DNA from: Alphaproteobacteria bacterium
GTDB lineage: Bacteria; Pseudomonadota; Alphaproteobacteria; GCA-2731375
NCBI GenBank assembly: GCA_016776605.1
Contig: JADHTB010000009.1
Location: 31,453-95,452 of the forward strand
Length of the DNA: 64,000 nt
Reading direction: 5' to 3'
In this document: piece by piece, positions 19,521 to 28,504 of the stretch
How positions within the stretch are numbered: the first letter of the stretch is position 1
How the letters are laid out: every line of letters begins with the position of its first letter
Program-made: the position numbers and the translations under genes
The notes under the pieces: generated by a model
What the model was told of the DNA's origin: nothing
The model's input: only the letters and a program-made list of their open reading frames with translations
Databases searched by the model: none

Positions 19521-20462
19521 ATGGCACATCTCATCGAGGCCCGGCCGGATAACATACATTGGGGCTATTTCGAGGCGGCCCGCCCCGCCGTGGCGGAAAT
19601 CGCCTCTGGCGAGCGGGTCACGTTTCATACGGTTTCGGGCGCGGCCAATGTAACGCCCGCCGACGGCGGCCCCTTTACCGTTGCCCCCGAACAGCGCGCG
19701 ATCCACGCTCAGGTGACGCGGCAAATGCTGCCCGGACATATCCTGACCGGCCCGGTCGCGGTGCGCGGCGCCCAACCGGGCATGGTGCTGGAAATCCGCA
19801 TCATCGATATCGAATTGGGCGCTGATTGGGGTTGGAATGTGATCCGGCCCGGCGCCGGCGCCCTGCCCGACGATTTCACTGAAAACCAGCTGTTTCATAT
19901 TGGTTTGGACGCAAAGCGCCAGATCGGCACCCTGCCCTGGGGTCAGGAGGTGCCACTGGCACCGTTTTTCGGTGTGATGGGTGTTGCCCCCCCGCCCGAG
20001 CGCGGCACCTTAACTTCGATCATACCGGGCGATTTTGGCGGCAATCTGGACCTGAAGGAACTGCTCCCCGGCAGTATCCTGTACCTGCCCGTATTTGTCG
20101 AAGGCGCGCTGTTTTCCGTCGGCGATGGTCACGCGGCACAGGGCAATGGCGAGGTTTGCGTGACGGCAATTGAAACGGGCCTGAACGGTACCTTCGAGTT
20201 GATCGTCCGCAAAGACCTCCATTTCACCATGCCACGGGCGGAAACCCCAACCCATCACATCACCCTAGGCATCGACCCGGATTTGGACGAAGCCGCCCGC
20301 CAGGCCCTGCGCGAGATGATTACCTTGATCTGCGAGCGGACGCCGCTATCCCGCGCGGAAGCCTATGCGCTGTGTTCCATCTGTTGCGATCTGAACGTGA
20401 CGCAATTGGTCAACCAGCACAAAGGCGTGCATGCCATGCTGTCCAAGGAGCGGTTGAAATAA
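19521..20462 (+). CDS. Acetamidase/formamidase (FmdA/AmdA) family protein
   Basis: 313 aa, collinear with FmdA_AmdA family members. Starts 4 nt after the AKR stop. Confidence 0.7.
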   Translation: MAHLIEARPDNIHWGYFEAARPAVAEIASGERVTFHTVSGAANVTPADGGPFTVAPEQRAIHAQVTRQMLPGHILTGPVAVRGAQPGMVLEIRIIDIELGADWGWNVIRPGAGALPDDFTENQLFHIGLDAKRQIGTLPWGQEVPLAPFFGVMGVAPPPERGTLTSIIPGDFGGNLDLKELLPGSILYLPVFVEGALFSVGDGHAAQGNGEVCVTAIETGLNGTFELIVRKDLHFTMPRAETPTHHITLGIDPDLDEAARQALREMITLICERTPLSRAEAYALCSICCDLNVTQLVNQHKGVHAMLSKERLK

Positions 20463-20470
20463 ACGCAGCC

Positions 20471-20572
20471 AGAGCGCATTCGAAGAAAATGCGCTCTGAA
20501 TCTTAAAAGTAGAGCAATTGAACCAATCACTTAAGTCGCGAAAGCGACTTCAGTTAATTGAAAATTGCGCTA
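20471..20572. repeat. Copy 2 of the ~104-bp three-hairpin intergenic repeat
   Basis: AGAGCGCATTcgaagaaaATGCGCTCT...AAGTCGCgaaaGCGACTT...TTAATTGAAAATTGCGCTA. The terminal CTA is the TAG stop (minus strand) of the aldolase gene. Confidence 0.8.
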
Positions 20573-21343
20573 CCCCTTCAAGGCCTTGATGCCGGCGGTC
20601 AAGCCGTCTCCCAACAGGCCCATATCGTGGTTATAGGAGATCATGCGGTAGCCACGGTTCAGGAGATCCTGGCCCCATTCCAGGGTCGGCGCCATGCCGC
20701 CCGCCGCTTTGCCGACTTTGGCGGCGGCTTCGACGATTTTGTCGATGCCGCGCTGCAAATCCGGGTGATCGAACTGGCCGGGAATACCCAGGGACAAGGA
20801 CAGGTCCGCATGGCCCAGATGGGCCGCGTCGATGCCGTCGACGGCCATGATTTCGTCGATGTTGTCCAGGCCCGCCTTGGTTTCGATCAGGGCCAGGGTA
20901 AACGTACGCGCCATGGCGGCGGCGGCCTTATCAGCCATCTCGCCGCCCGTGTAATCATCATGGGCGCCGCCAAACACGGCGCCGCGCACACCGCTGGGCG
21001 GATAGCGCGTCCAACTAACCAACTCGCGCGCTTCCTCGGCACTGCCCACCATCTGATACAGCAGGCCAAAGGCGCCCACATCAAGCAGACGGGCGGTAAA
21101 ATTATAAGCCTTGCCGGGTGGGCGGACCAGGGGAACCAGGCCAACGGCGGCACAGAGCGCGAATTGCGTCTTCATGTCTTCGATGGTGAAGCCGCTGTGT
21201 TCCAGGTCATAGAGCGCGAAGTCGGCGCCGGAATTGGCCAGAATGCGCGGCAGGCCAGGGCTCAAAAATTCGAAAATCATGGTGCCGTAAACAGTTTCGC
21301 CGGCAGCCAGCTTGGTCTTCACGGGATTGGATCGCATGGGCAT
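20570..21343 (-). CDS. HpcH/HpaI-family aldolase (2-keto-3-deoxy-acid aldolase)
   Basis: 257 aa. 'KLAAGETVYGTMIFEF', 'DFALYDLEHSGFTIEDMK' and 'IETKAGLDNIDEI' match the HpcH/HpaI aldolase fold. Confidence 0.75.
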   Translation of the reverse strand: MPMRSNPVKTKLAAGETVYGTMIFEFLSPGLPRILANSGADFALYDLEHSGFTIEDMKTQFALCAAVGLVPLVRPPGKAYNFTARLLDVGAFGLLYQMVGSAEEARELVSWTRYPPSGVRGAVFGGAHDDYTGGEMADKAAAAMARTFTLALIETKAGLDNIDEIMAVDGIDAAHLGHADLSLSLGIPGQFDHPDLQRGIDKIVEAAAKVGKAAGGMAPTLEWGQDLLNRGYRMISYNHDMGLLGDGLTAGIKALKG

Positions 21344-21367
21344 CTCTTTCCTTAAAAGGGCGCCGTC

Positions 21368-22204
21368 TCAAACGATGAATTCAAGGACGGAATCGAAAGC
21401 CGGCTGGCGCACCACCACCCGGTCCGCCTCGTCGATCGTGGGTACCGGGTTCGCCATACCGGCCACGATACCGCGAATTTTATCCAGGCTATCGCTGCGA
21501 AAGACCAGTGCGCCAAAGAATGAACTGCGCCCCGCCATGGGCGAGGCCAGGGCGCCATAGCGTTCGCCATAGGCCGCCGGGGTCATAACGCTGATGTGGC
21601 CGCCCTTATACGCCACGCCGAGGCTGTCGCCCGCGCCGTCTACCTTTGAATGCAGCAGCCGGGCGAAATTTTCCGCTTCCTGTTGATGGTCCGTGGAGGC
21701 AACAACGAATTCCGAAATCGACTGGGCACCGTTACCATGGTTTTGCCATTCCGGTCGCCAGACCAGTTCCGGCGTCCCATGCTCGCAATAATAGACCCGG
21801 CCGCCGGGGAAAATACCGGGACGCACGGCAACAGTTCTGAAAGCGGCATCGGCCTCGCCATCAGCCAGTTTCACCGGTCGGGTAAAGGCTTTGGGCGGAT
21901 CGCCGGCCATATCCAGGGCCTGCAAATGCGCGAATGTCTCATCCACGTCCGGGGTCTTGAAGACCAGACCGTTGATGCCGAACGGCGCTTCCGCCACATC
22001 GGCACGGGGGTTCTCCATACCCGGCGGCAAGCCGATCAGTTCCAGATAATCGGTACCCAACATCATCAAATGATTGATCGAGCCCAGTGAATGATAGCCT
22101 CGATCCGTCAGGAAAAACCCCAGGTCGGCAAACAGCCCCTGGGCCCGGTCCATATCAAAGCGAACGTTGATAACCGTATGATCCAATTGCGCCTGTTCCG
22201 CCAT
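21368..22204 (-). CDS. VOC (glyoxalase/bleomycin-resistance/dioxygenase) superfamily protein, two-domain
   Basis: Two tandem VOC-like halves. 'LDHTVINVRFDMDRAQGLFADLGF' is a typical first beta-alpha-beta-beta-beta module. Confidence 0.55.
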   Translation of the reverse strand: MAEQAQLDHTVINVRFDMDRAQGLFADLGFFLTDRGYHSLGSINHLMMLGTDYLELIGLPPGMENPRADVAEAPFGINGLVFKTPDVDETFAHLQALDMAGDPPKAFTRPVKLADGEADAAFRTVAVRPGIFPGGRVYYCEHGTPELVWRPEWQNHGNGAQSISEFVVASTDHQQEAENFARLLHSKVDGAGDSLGVAYKGGHISVMTPAAYGERYGALASPMAGRSSFFGALVFRSDSLDKIRGIVAGMANPVPTIDEADRVVVRQPAFDSVLEFIV

Positions 22205-22224
22205 GTCCTATCCTCCCAAAGTTT

Positions 22225-22662
22225 TTAGCCAACCAATGTTGCGTAGGTGCCCCGGCCAATGGCCACCAGGGACTGCTGTTCGTTCAGAACATCAATATCG
22301 ACAATGGTCACCGTCCGCCCGGTCCGGCGCACCTTTGCCACCGCCACCAGGGCATCGCCCACGGCGGGCTTCAGATAATCGATGCGGATATTGATGGTTG
22401 GGACGCCACCGCCCAGCAACATGCCAATGGCGAAATCACCCACCGTATCAATGAACGAGGCGATGGGACCGCCATGAAACTGCTTGGTGCCCATGGCGCG
22501 CTCCAGGCCGGGGTTCATGGGCATCCTGACCGTCAATTCAGATGCCTGGTAATCCATGGACAGCACCACCAGCCCCAAGGTCGCGATGAATGGTGAATTG
22601 TCAAAGCGCGCCTGGATCTGTTCCTGGCTCAAACGTTCGGGTGTTTCATTCATGGCCGGCAT
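22225..22662 (-). CDS. PaaI/YbgC-type hotdog thioesterase
   Basis: 145 aa. 'HGGPIASFIDTVGDFA' and '...VAKVRRTGRTV' match hotdog 4HBT-like thioesterases. Confidence 0.7.
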   Translation of the reverse strand: MPAMNETPERLSQEQIQARFDNSPFIATLGLVVLSMDYQASELTVRMPMNPGLERAMGTKQFHGGPIASFIDTVGDFAIGMLLGGGVPTINIRIDYLKPAVGDALVAVAKVRRTGRTVTIVDIDVLNEQQSLVAIGRGTYATLVG

Positions 22663-22664
22663 CC

Positions 22665-23675
22665 TTAAGGCGTGAGCACGACTTTGCCAAAGACCACCCG
22701 GTCTTCCAGCAGGCGAAAGGCCTCGTTGACCTCTTCCAGGGGCAGGGTCTTGTCGATCACCGGCTTCAACGAGCCATCGCCCAGCAGATCAAGCAAGGTC
22801 ACCAGATCCTCGCGCAGCCAGCCGTTGGCGCCCAGCACCTTCAACTCGTAAGACCAGATAAACCGTAGATCCTCGGCCGGGTCATAGCCGGCGGTCGCGC
22901 CACAGGTCAGCACCTTGCCGCCCCGGTGCAAGACCCGCAATCCCTTTACCCAGGTATCGCCACCGGTGAAATTCACCACCACATCAACGCCGTCTTCATA
23001 ACGGCGCCGGTGCGGCTTGCCGAATTTTTCCCAGACCGCCTTCATGAAATCTTCTTCGACGTAGTTAATCAGATGATCCGCGCCGATGCCGGCCAGACGG
23101 TCCAGCTTGTCCTGGTTGGAGGCGCAGGCAATAACCTCGCAGCCGACCCGCTTGGCCAGTTGCACGGCGCAGGTCCCCACCCCGCCCGAGGCGCCCAGGA
23201 TCAAGACCTTATCGCCGGGCTGAACATCGCCGATGGTGTACATCATGCGCAACGCCGTGCCATAGGCCACGGGCAGACACGAGGCGGCCTGGTAGGACAC
23301 GTTGTCGGGCAGATGCACCAGATGGTGGCTGGGCACCTTGCAATATTCCGCCAGCCCGCCGTGCCACATTTCGCCGATCAGGCCACCGGGACCAACCCGG
23401 TCCACCGGGTCGATCATCACCCGGTCGCCAACCTTCCAATCGGTGATATCCGCGCCGACCTCGACAATTTCACCGGAGAAATCCAGCCCCATGATACAGG
23501 GCATGGGCACTTTGATACCGGGCATGCCATTGCGGGTGAAGATGTCGTGATAATTGAGCGAGGTCGCGCCCACCTTGACGATGACATCCTCGGCACCCGG
23601 TTGCGGGTCCGGAAAATTTTGCTCGATCCGGATTGACCCCGGACCGCCGTGTTCACTGATAACCGCCGCTTTCAA
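22665..23675 (-). CDS. Zinc-binding alcohol dehydrogenase / quinone oxidoreductase (MDR family)
   Basis: 336 aa. 'MKAAVISEHGGPGSIRIEQNFPDPQPGAEDVIVKVGATSLNYHD' and the Rossmann 'LILGASGGVGTCAVQLAK'. Confidence 0.75.
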   Translation of the reverse strand: MKAAVISEHGGPGSIRIEQNFPDPQPGAEDVIVKVGATSLNYHDIFTRNGMPGIKVPMPCIMGLDFSGEIVEVGADITDWKVGDRVMIDPVDRVGPGGLIGEMWHGGLAEYCKVPSHHLVHLPDNVSYQAASCLPVAYGTALRMMYTIGDVQPGDKVLILGASGGVGTCAVQLAKRVGCEVIACASNQDKLDRLAGIGADHLINYVEEDFMKAVWEKFGKPHRRRYEDGVDVVVNFTGGDTWVKGLRVLHRGGKVLTCGATAGYDPAEDLRFIWSYELKVLGANGWLREDLVTLLDLLGDGSLKPVIDKTLPLEEVNEAFRLLEDRVVFGKVVLTP

Positions 23676-23733
23676 ATTCGCTCCTCGTCCCTTCCCGTGG
23701 CGCCATGGCCAGGGGTTCGGATCCCATCTAAAT

Positions 23734-25248
23734 TCAGGTTGATGCTTGCCGCCAAATTTCCCGCCCGCGGGTTTCCAGGCCCTTGCGATCTATCTTGCCC
23801 GGACCGGCCAGGGGTAGTTCGTCCATGAAAATAACCATGCGGGGGTGCTGAAAGGCCGGTGCATTGGCCAGGGCATGTTGCTTGATCTCGTCCTCGTTGA
23901 CACTCGAGCCGGGCCGCCGCACGACAAAGGCGATGGGTTTTTCGCCCTTGATCTCGTCGGGCACGGGCACGACACAGCTTTGTTCCACATCCGCATGCCC
24001 GACCAGAATGCTTTCGACCTGACCGGGATAGATATTCTCGCCGCCGCAGACGAACATATCGTCATCCCGGCCAATAAAATAGTAGGCGCCATCCGGTTCG
24101 CGGCGAAAAACATCGCCGGAATTGTACCAGCCATCCGGCGTAATTACTTCGGCGCTCTTTTCCGGCAGGTTGAGATAGCCCGTGGTATTGGCAGGCGTGC
24201 GCTGCCAACAGACGCCTTCATCAGCCTCGTTGCCGTCCTGGTCGATCAATTTGACATCAACGCCGGGCATCAATCGCCCCACGGACAGGGCGGGGACCGG
24301 TTTGCCCCCCGCCGCGCCAAACACCATGGGGCCGGCTTCCGTGGTGCCATAGCCGTTCATGACGTTGGCGTTGGGGAATATTTCCTCCACCCGCGCCCAT
24401 AGTTTGGGCGAGACCGGGGCAGATCCCATGCGCACGATGGAGACCGAGGACAGATCCAAACTGGCGACCAGGTCCTCTTCCATGAAGGCCATGGCCAGCA
24501 TGGTGGGAACCGAGGTGATCCAGGTGCATTTGAAACGCGCAATCGCCTCCAGGTAATGCCGGGCATCGAATTCCGGCAGGATCACGGTGGAGGTGGAGGC
24601 CGCATGGCCAAACAGACAGGTACACAGCGCGTTCATGTGATACATCGGCGCCGCGATCAACAGGCGGTGATGGGTAAAGGGCCAGGCGGCCATGCGCCCG
24701 CGCAAGGCCCACAAATGCCCCTTATGGGTCAAAGGCACGCCCTTGGGCCGGCCGGAGGAGCCGGAGGTGTAGAGCACCATGGCGACTTCGTCGTCCCTGG
24801 GCCGCACGGTCTCGAACGGGCCCCGGTCCAGTAGTGCTGCAAAGCCCTGATCGCCGGCATCGTCAAAATCCGTCAACGGTATATCCGTGGCAATGCCACC
24901 CCGGCGCGGGCTGTCGCAGAAAATATGCTTGGCGGCGGAATCGCCCAGAACGAAGTCGATCAATTCGCCGGGAAATCTGTAACTGATCGGCACGGCGATC
25001 ATGCCGGCCCGCAAAATGCCCAGATAGGCGATCAGATATTCCGCCCGGTTGGCCGATAACATCGCCACCGCATCGCCCCGGACCAGGCCCCGGCCCCGCA
25101 AACCGCGGGCACAGGCATTGGCAAGATCGTCGACCTCCCCGTGACTGTATTCGCGGGGCGCATTCCAGTCCTGGCAATCGATCAACGCCAGATTATCGCC
25201 CCCCAACTGCGGATCGAAAAGGGCGCCAAGATTATACGCGGTGATCAT
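23734..25248 (-). CDS. AMP-dependent synthetase/ligase (acyl-CoA synthetase)
   Basis: 504 aa. AMP-binding motif 'LYTSGSSGRPKGV' and the C-terminal '...PGKIDRK' lysine motif. Confidence 0.8.
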   Translation of the reverse strand: MITAYNLGALFDPQLGGDNLALIDCQDWNAPREYSHGEVDDLANACARGLRGRGLVRGDAVAMLSANRAEYLIAYLGILRAGMIAVPISYRFPGELIDFVLGDSAAKHIFCDSPRRGGIATDIPLTDFDDAGDQGFAALLDRGPFETVRPRDDEVAMVLYTSGSSGRPKGVPLTHKGHLWALRGRMAAWPFTHHRLLIAAPMYHMNALCTCLFGHAASTSTVILPEFDARHYLEAIARFKCTWITSVPTMLAMAFMEEDLVASLDLSSVSIVRMGSAPVSPKLWARVEEIFPNANVMNGYGTTEAGPMVFGAAGGKPVPALSVGRLMPGVDVKLIDQDGNEADEGVCWQRTPANTTGYLNLPEKSAEVITPDGWYNSGDVFRREPDGAYYFIGRDDDMFVCGGENIYPGQVESILVGHADVEQSCVVPVPDEIKGEKPIAFVVRRPGSSVNEDEIKQHALANAPAFQHPRMVIFMDELPLAGPGKIDRKGLETRGREIWRQAST

Positions 25249-25350
25249 AATTATATTACTGAAGTCTATTGTCTGCGGGAGCGAAACACTAAGTGCCCCC
25301 TGCCGTCCAAGTCAAGGCAGGGACCGTTGCGGTCATGGCAGTCATTCCAG

Positions 25351-26292
25351 TTATGGCCGCGCGGGCGCCGTCCCCACCTTTACAATACCGCTTTGCACGA
25401 CGAACATGGCGGCAACAATTATTGCGATGCCGGGCAAGGTCATCGCCGATGGCAGGCCCTTGCCCAGAGCCCATTCAATGGCCAGGACGAACAGCGGCGT
25501 CAAATAGTTATAGCTCATCACCCGGGTCGGCCCCAGGTGCAGGGTCGCGTGCTGTATGATGAAAAAGCTGATAATGGTGGTAAACATGGCCAGATAGGCG
25601 ATGCCGGCCAGCACGCCGGGCTCTACCGCCAGCCAATCGGTCCGGAACAGCGCCACGTTGTTCAACAGCAACAGCCAGACGGTCCCCATCGCCATGGTCC
25701 AGAATGCCATTACGGCGGCCGGCTCGTCCCGGCGAAAGCGCTGAACCAGGGGGGTGTAGAGCCCCATGGCAAACAGCCCGGCCAGGAAGATCAGGTCGCC
25801 CTTGTTGACGGCAAGGCTGAGGAACAGGTCCAGATCGCCGCGGAACACGACCCAAAGCGCGCCCACGGCGCCAAGGATCAGCGCCACCAGACGATGCCTT
25901 CCCAGCCGTTCCCGAACCAGGACCGCGGCATACAGAGCCGCGATGCCCGGCAGAACCGTAAAGAGTGCCGCCGCGTTCAGGGCGGAGGTCAGGCGCAGGG
26001 CCGCGAACATGCACCAGAAGAACACGACGAGGCTGCCCGCGATCGCCGCATAACCGGCCAGCGCCTTGGCGGAGGGGATAGCTATGCCATGGCGCCAGGC
26101 AACATATGGCGCGAACAGCAGGGTCGCCAGCGCGAAACGCACCAGGGTCAAAAGCTCGGGCGGCAGGCCATGGGTGATGGCGGCGCCGACGGGAAACGAG
26201 GTCGCGACCAGGGCGCGCGCCAGCAACACCTGTCCGTGCACCCGCATCAGGGGCGCCTGTCCGGGCCTCGCTATTATTTGCGGCATGTTCAT
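25351..26292 (-). CDS. DMT-superfamily (EamA-like) transporter
   Basis: ~10 predicted TM helices with two EamA-type halves. Start trimmed to the ATG at 26292 (MNMPQII...). Overlapping ORFs 25141..26325 (+) and 25508..26386 (-) are rejected. Confidence 0.6.
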   Translation of the reverse strand: MNMPQIIARPGQAPLMRVHGQVLLARALVATSFPVGAAITHGLPPELLTLVRFALATLLFAPYVAWRHGIAIPSAKALAGYAAIAGSLVVFFWCMFAALRLTSALNAAALFTVLPGIAALYAAVLVRERLGRHRLVALILGAVGALWVVFRGDLDLFLSLAVNKGDLIFLAGLFAMGLYTPLVQRFRRDEPAAVMAFWTMAMGTVWLLLLNNVALFRTDWLAVEPGVLAGIAYLAMFTTIISFFIIQHATLHLGPTRVMSYNYLTPLFVLAIEWALGKGLPSAMTLPGIAIIVAAMFVVQSGIVKVGTAPARP

Positions 26293-26431
26293 GGCCGCCA
26301 AGTATCGATGATTGGCCGGCAATAAGCCATGCGGACGTGCGCCAGCAGGCAAACGCTGGCGCCTTTCCCTTGGCAGCGGCGGCCATAATCCATTACCGTC
26401 CCCTATGTTTGTGTATTGATTGGAGAGTTTG

Positions 26432-27508
26432 ATGCAATTTGGCTGGCTTACCCTGGCGCTTTCCCCCTCGGGGGATGAAGACGCCGCCCGTATCCATCAA
26501 CAGATCGAACAGGTTTGTTATGCCGAAGAGCTGGGCTTTAGTGACGTCTGGCTGACGGAACATTATTTCACCGGCGAGAGCGTCTATAATGACGCGGTAG
26601 TGTTCGCCGCCGCACTGGCCATGCGCACGGAACGTATCCGCATTGGTTTCGCGGTGGTGCAGATGCCCTTTCACCATCCCGTGCGCCTGGCCACGCAACT
26701 GGCCCTGTTGGATAATCTTTCCAAGGGGCGCATCGACGTGGGCGTGGGCAAGGGTACCATCTACAACGAATATGAATTCGTCGGCCATGGCCTGCGCAGC
26801 GATGACAGCCGCGAGCGCATGGAAGAGGCCGTCGATATCCTGGAGCAGGCATGGCGGGGGGCCTGGACCGAAGCGCCGCTCACCTACAACGGTAAGTTTC
26901 ACCAGGTGGAGATACCGCAGCTGCGCCCCCGGCCCTATCAACAGCCCGGTCCGCCCCTGTGGCGCAGCGTTATTTCGCCGAATTCATTTACCGAATGCGG
27001 CCGCAAGGGCATCCCCATATTGACGGCGCGGCTGGGGGTAGAACGCATCAAGGAGCGCTGGGCGACCTATGCGGCGGGTCTGGAAGAGGGCGGCCATGAC
27101 GAGGCCACCCGCGCCCGGCTGATGGCGCAGATCGCGCTATGGCGTAACGTCTATGTCGCCGAGAGCGATGCTCAGGCGGAGGACGAGCTGTCGCAGCTGC
27201 TTCTCGATACGCGCAGGCACATGCTGCACGTGCGCGAGATGTATAACCCCAAGGATTTCGTGATCGATCCCATGATGCTCAATCCCTGGACCGACCCGAC
27301 GGTCGGTGAAGGCGAGTCGCTGGCCTATACCCTGGAAACCGGCTGCCTATACGGCTCGCCCCGGCGGGTGGGCGAGCAGGTGGCCGAACTGCGGGACGCC
27401 GGCGTGCAGCATCTGCTCTGCCAGACCGGCTTTGGTGATATGAGCCAGGAACAAAACCTCGAATCCATGCGGCGCTTCGGCGAACAGGTGATGCCGGCGT
27501 TTAACTAG
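26432..27508 (+). CDS. LLM-class (luciferase-like) flavin-dependent monooxygenase
   Basis: ATG 26432 preceded by GGAGAG. 'MQFGWLTLALSPSG...LGFSDVWLTEHYF' is the LLM N-terminal signature. Confidence 0.75.
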   Translation: MQFGWLTLALSPSGDEDAARIHQQIEQVCYAEELGFSDVWLTEHYFTGESVYNDAVVFAAALAMRTERIRIGFAVVQMPFHHPVRLATQLALLDNLSKGRIDVGVGKGTIYNEYEFVGHGLRSDDSRERMEEAVDILEQAWRGAWTEAPLTYNGKFHQVEIPQLRPRPYQQPGPPLWRSVISPNSFTECGRKGIPILTARLGVERIKERWATYAAGLEEGGHDEATRARLMAQIALWRNVYVAESDAQAEDELSQLLLDTRRHMLHVREMYNPKDFVIDPMMLNPWTDPTVGEGESLAYTLETGCLYGSPRRVGEQVAELRDAGVQHLLCQTGFGDMSQEQNLESMRRFGEQVMPAFN

Positions 27509-27586
27509 AGTAGTTCCGGGCATTTCCAGATTGACAGGAAAGGTCTTAAGATTGGTGGTTCCGCAATCGTTTAGGAGTGCGTTGAA

Positions 27587-28459
27587 ATGGCCATGACGAT
27601 CAGACAGGTCGGTCCGTGTTTCGCGGGCGAGGTCGATGGGATCGATTTGATGCAGCCGCTGTCCCGCGAAGACGCGGCGGCCATCCATGCGGGAATGGAT
27701 CAATACGCCGTTCTGGTGTTTCGCGAACAAGCATTGGAAGACGGCCAGCAGATGGCGTTCACCCAATCTTTGGGCGGTATCGAGCATGCCATTGGCACCT
27801 CCCTGCGCGGTCCCAACGAGAACCGGCTGCCCACCACTTTCGCCGACGTCTCCAATCTTGATAAGGAAAACAAACCATTTGCCCGCGAGGACCGGCGCCG
27901 CCTGTTCGCCATTGGCAATCAATTGTGGCACTCCGACAGTTCTTTCAAGGAGACCCCGGCGAAGTACTCATTGCTGAACGCCCACGCTATCCCATCAAAG
28001 GGCGGCAATACGGAATTCGCCGATATGCGGGCCGCCTATGATGCCCTGGACGATGAGACCAAGGCGCGGGCCGAGGGGCAGATCTGCGAACATTCACAAG
28101 TCTATTCGCGGGGCAAAATTGGCTTCACGGATTTCACCGACGAGGAGCGGGCGCGGTTTGCCCCCGTGCGCCAGGTATTGCTCCGCACCCACCCGGTGAC
28201 GGGCCGCAAATCGCTTTACCTGTCATCCCATGCGGGCAGCATCGTCGGGTGGCCGGTGCCCGAGGCCAGCATATTTCTGCGCGACCTGGCTGAACACGCC
28301 ACGCAACGGGAATTTGTCTACGCCCATGAATGGCGGGTCGGTGATCTGGTGATCTGGGACAATCGGCAAACCATGCACCGCGCGCGGCCGTTTCCAGCGG
28401 AGGAGCCGCGCGATATGCGGCGTACCACGCTGGCCGGCGACGGCCCCACCGTGCCTTAG
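27587..28459 (+). CDS. TauD/TfdA-family Fe(II)/2-oxoglutarate dioxygenase
   Basis: 'WHSDSSF' HxD facial-triad motif plus a distal His and Arg. 290 aa. Confidence 0.8.
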   Translation: MAMTIRQVGPCFAGEVDGIDLMQPLSREDAAAIHAGMDQYAVLVFREQALEDGQQMAFTQSLGGIEHAIGTSLRGPNENRLPTTFADVSNLDKENKPFAREDRRRLFAIGNQLWHSDSSFKETPAKYSLLNAHAIPSKGGNTEFADMRAAYDALDDETKARAEGQICEHSQVYSRGKIGFTDFTDEERARFAPVRQVLLRTHPVTGRKSLYLSSHAGSIVGWPVPEASIFLRDLAEHATQREFVYAHEWRVGDLVIWDNRQTMHRARPFPAEEPRDMRRTTLAGDGPTVP

Positions 28460-28504
28460 AGCAGTTCCGGGTTAGAAAACCTGTTATCCGGGTTAGACAA
28501 CCTG

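Noticed and set aside
20558-21355. 265-aa plus-strand ORF opposite the HpcH/HpaI aldolase gene
   Set aside because: Antisense shadow ORF with a low-complexity product. The minus-strand frame carries the aldolase motifs.
25141-26386. ORFs 25141..26325 (+) and 25508..26386 (-) overlapping the DMT transporter gene
   Set aside because: Translations are extremely Arg/Gly/Gln/Pro-rich low-complexity, with no TM or domain features. The DMT frame shows ten hydrophobic helices.
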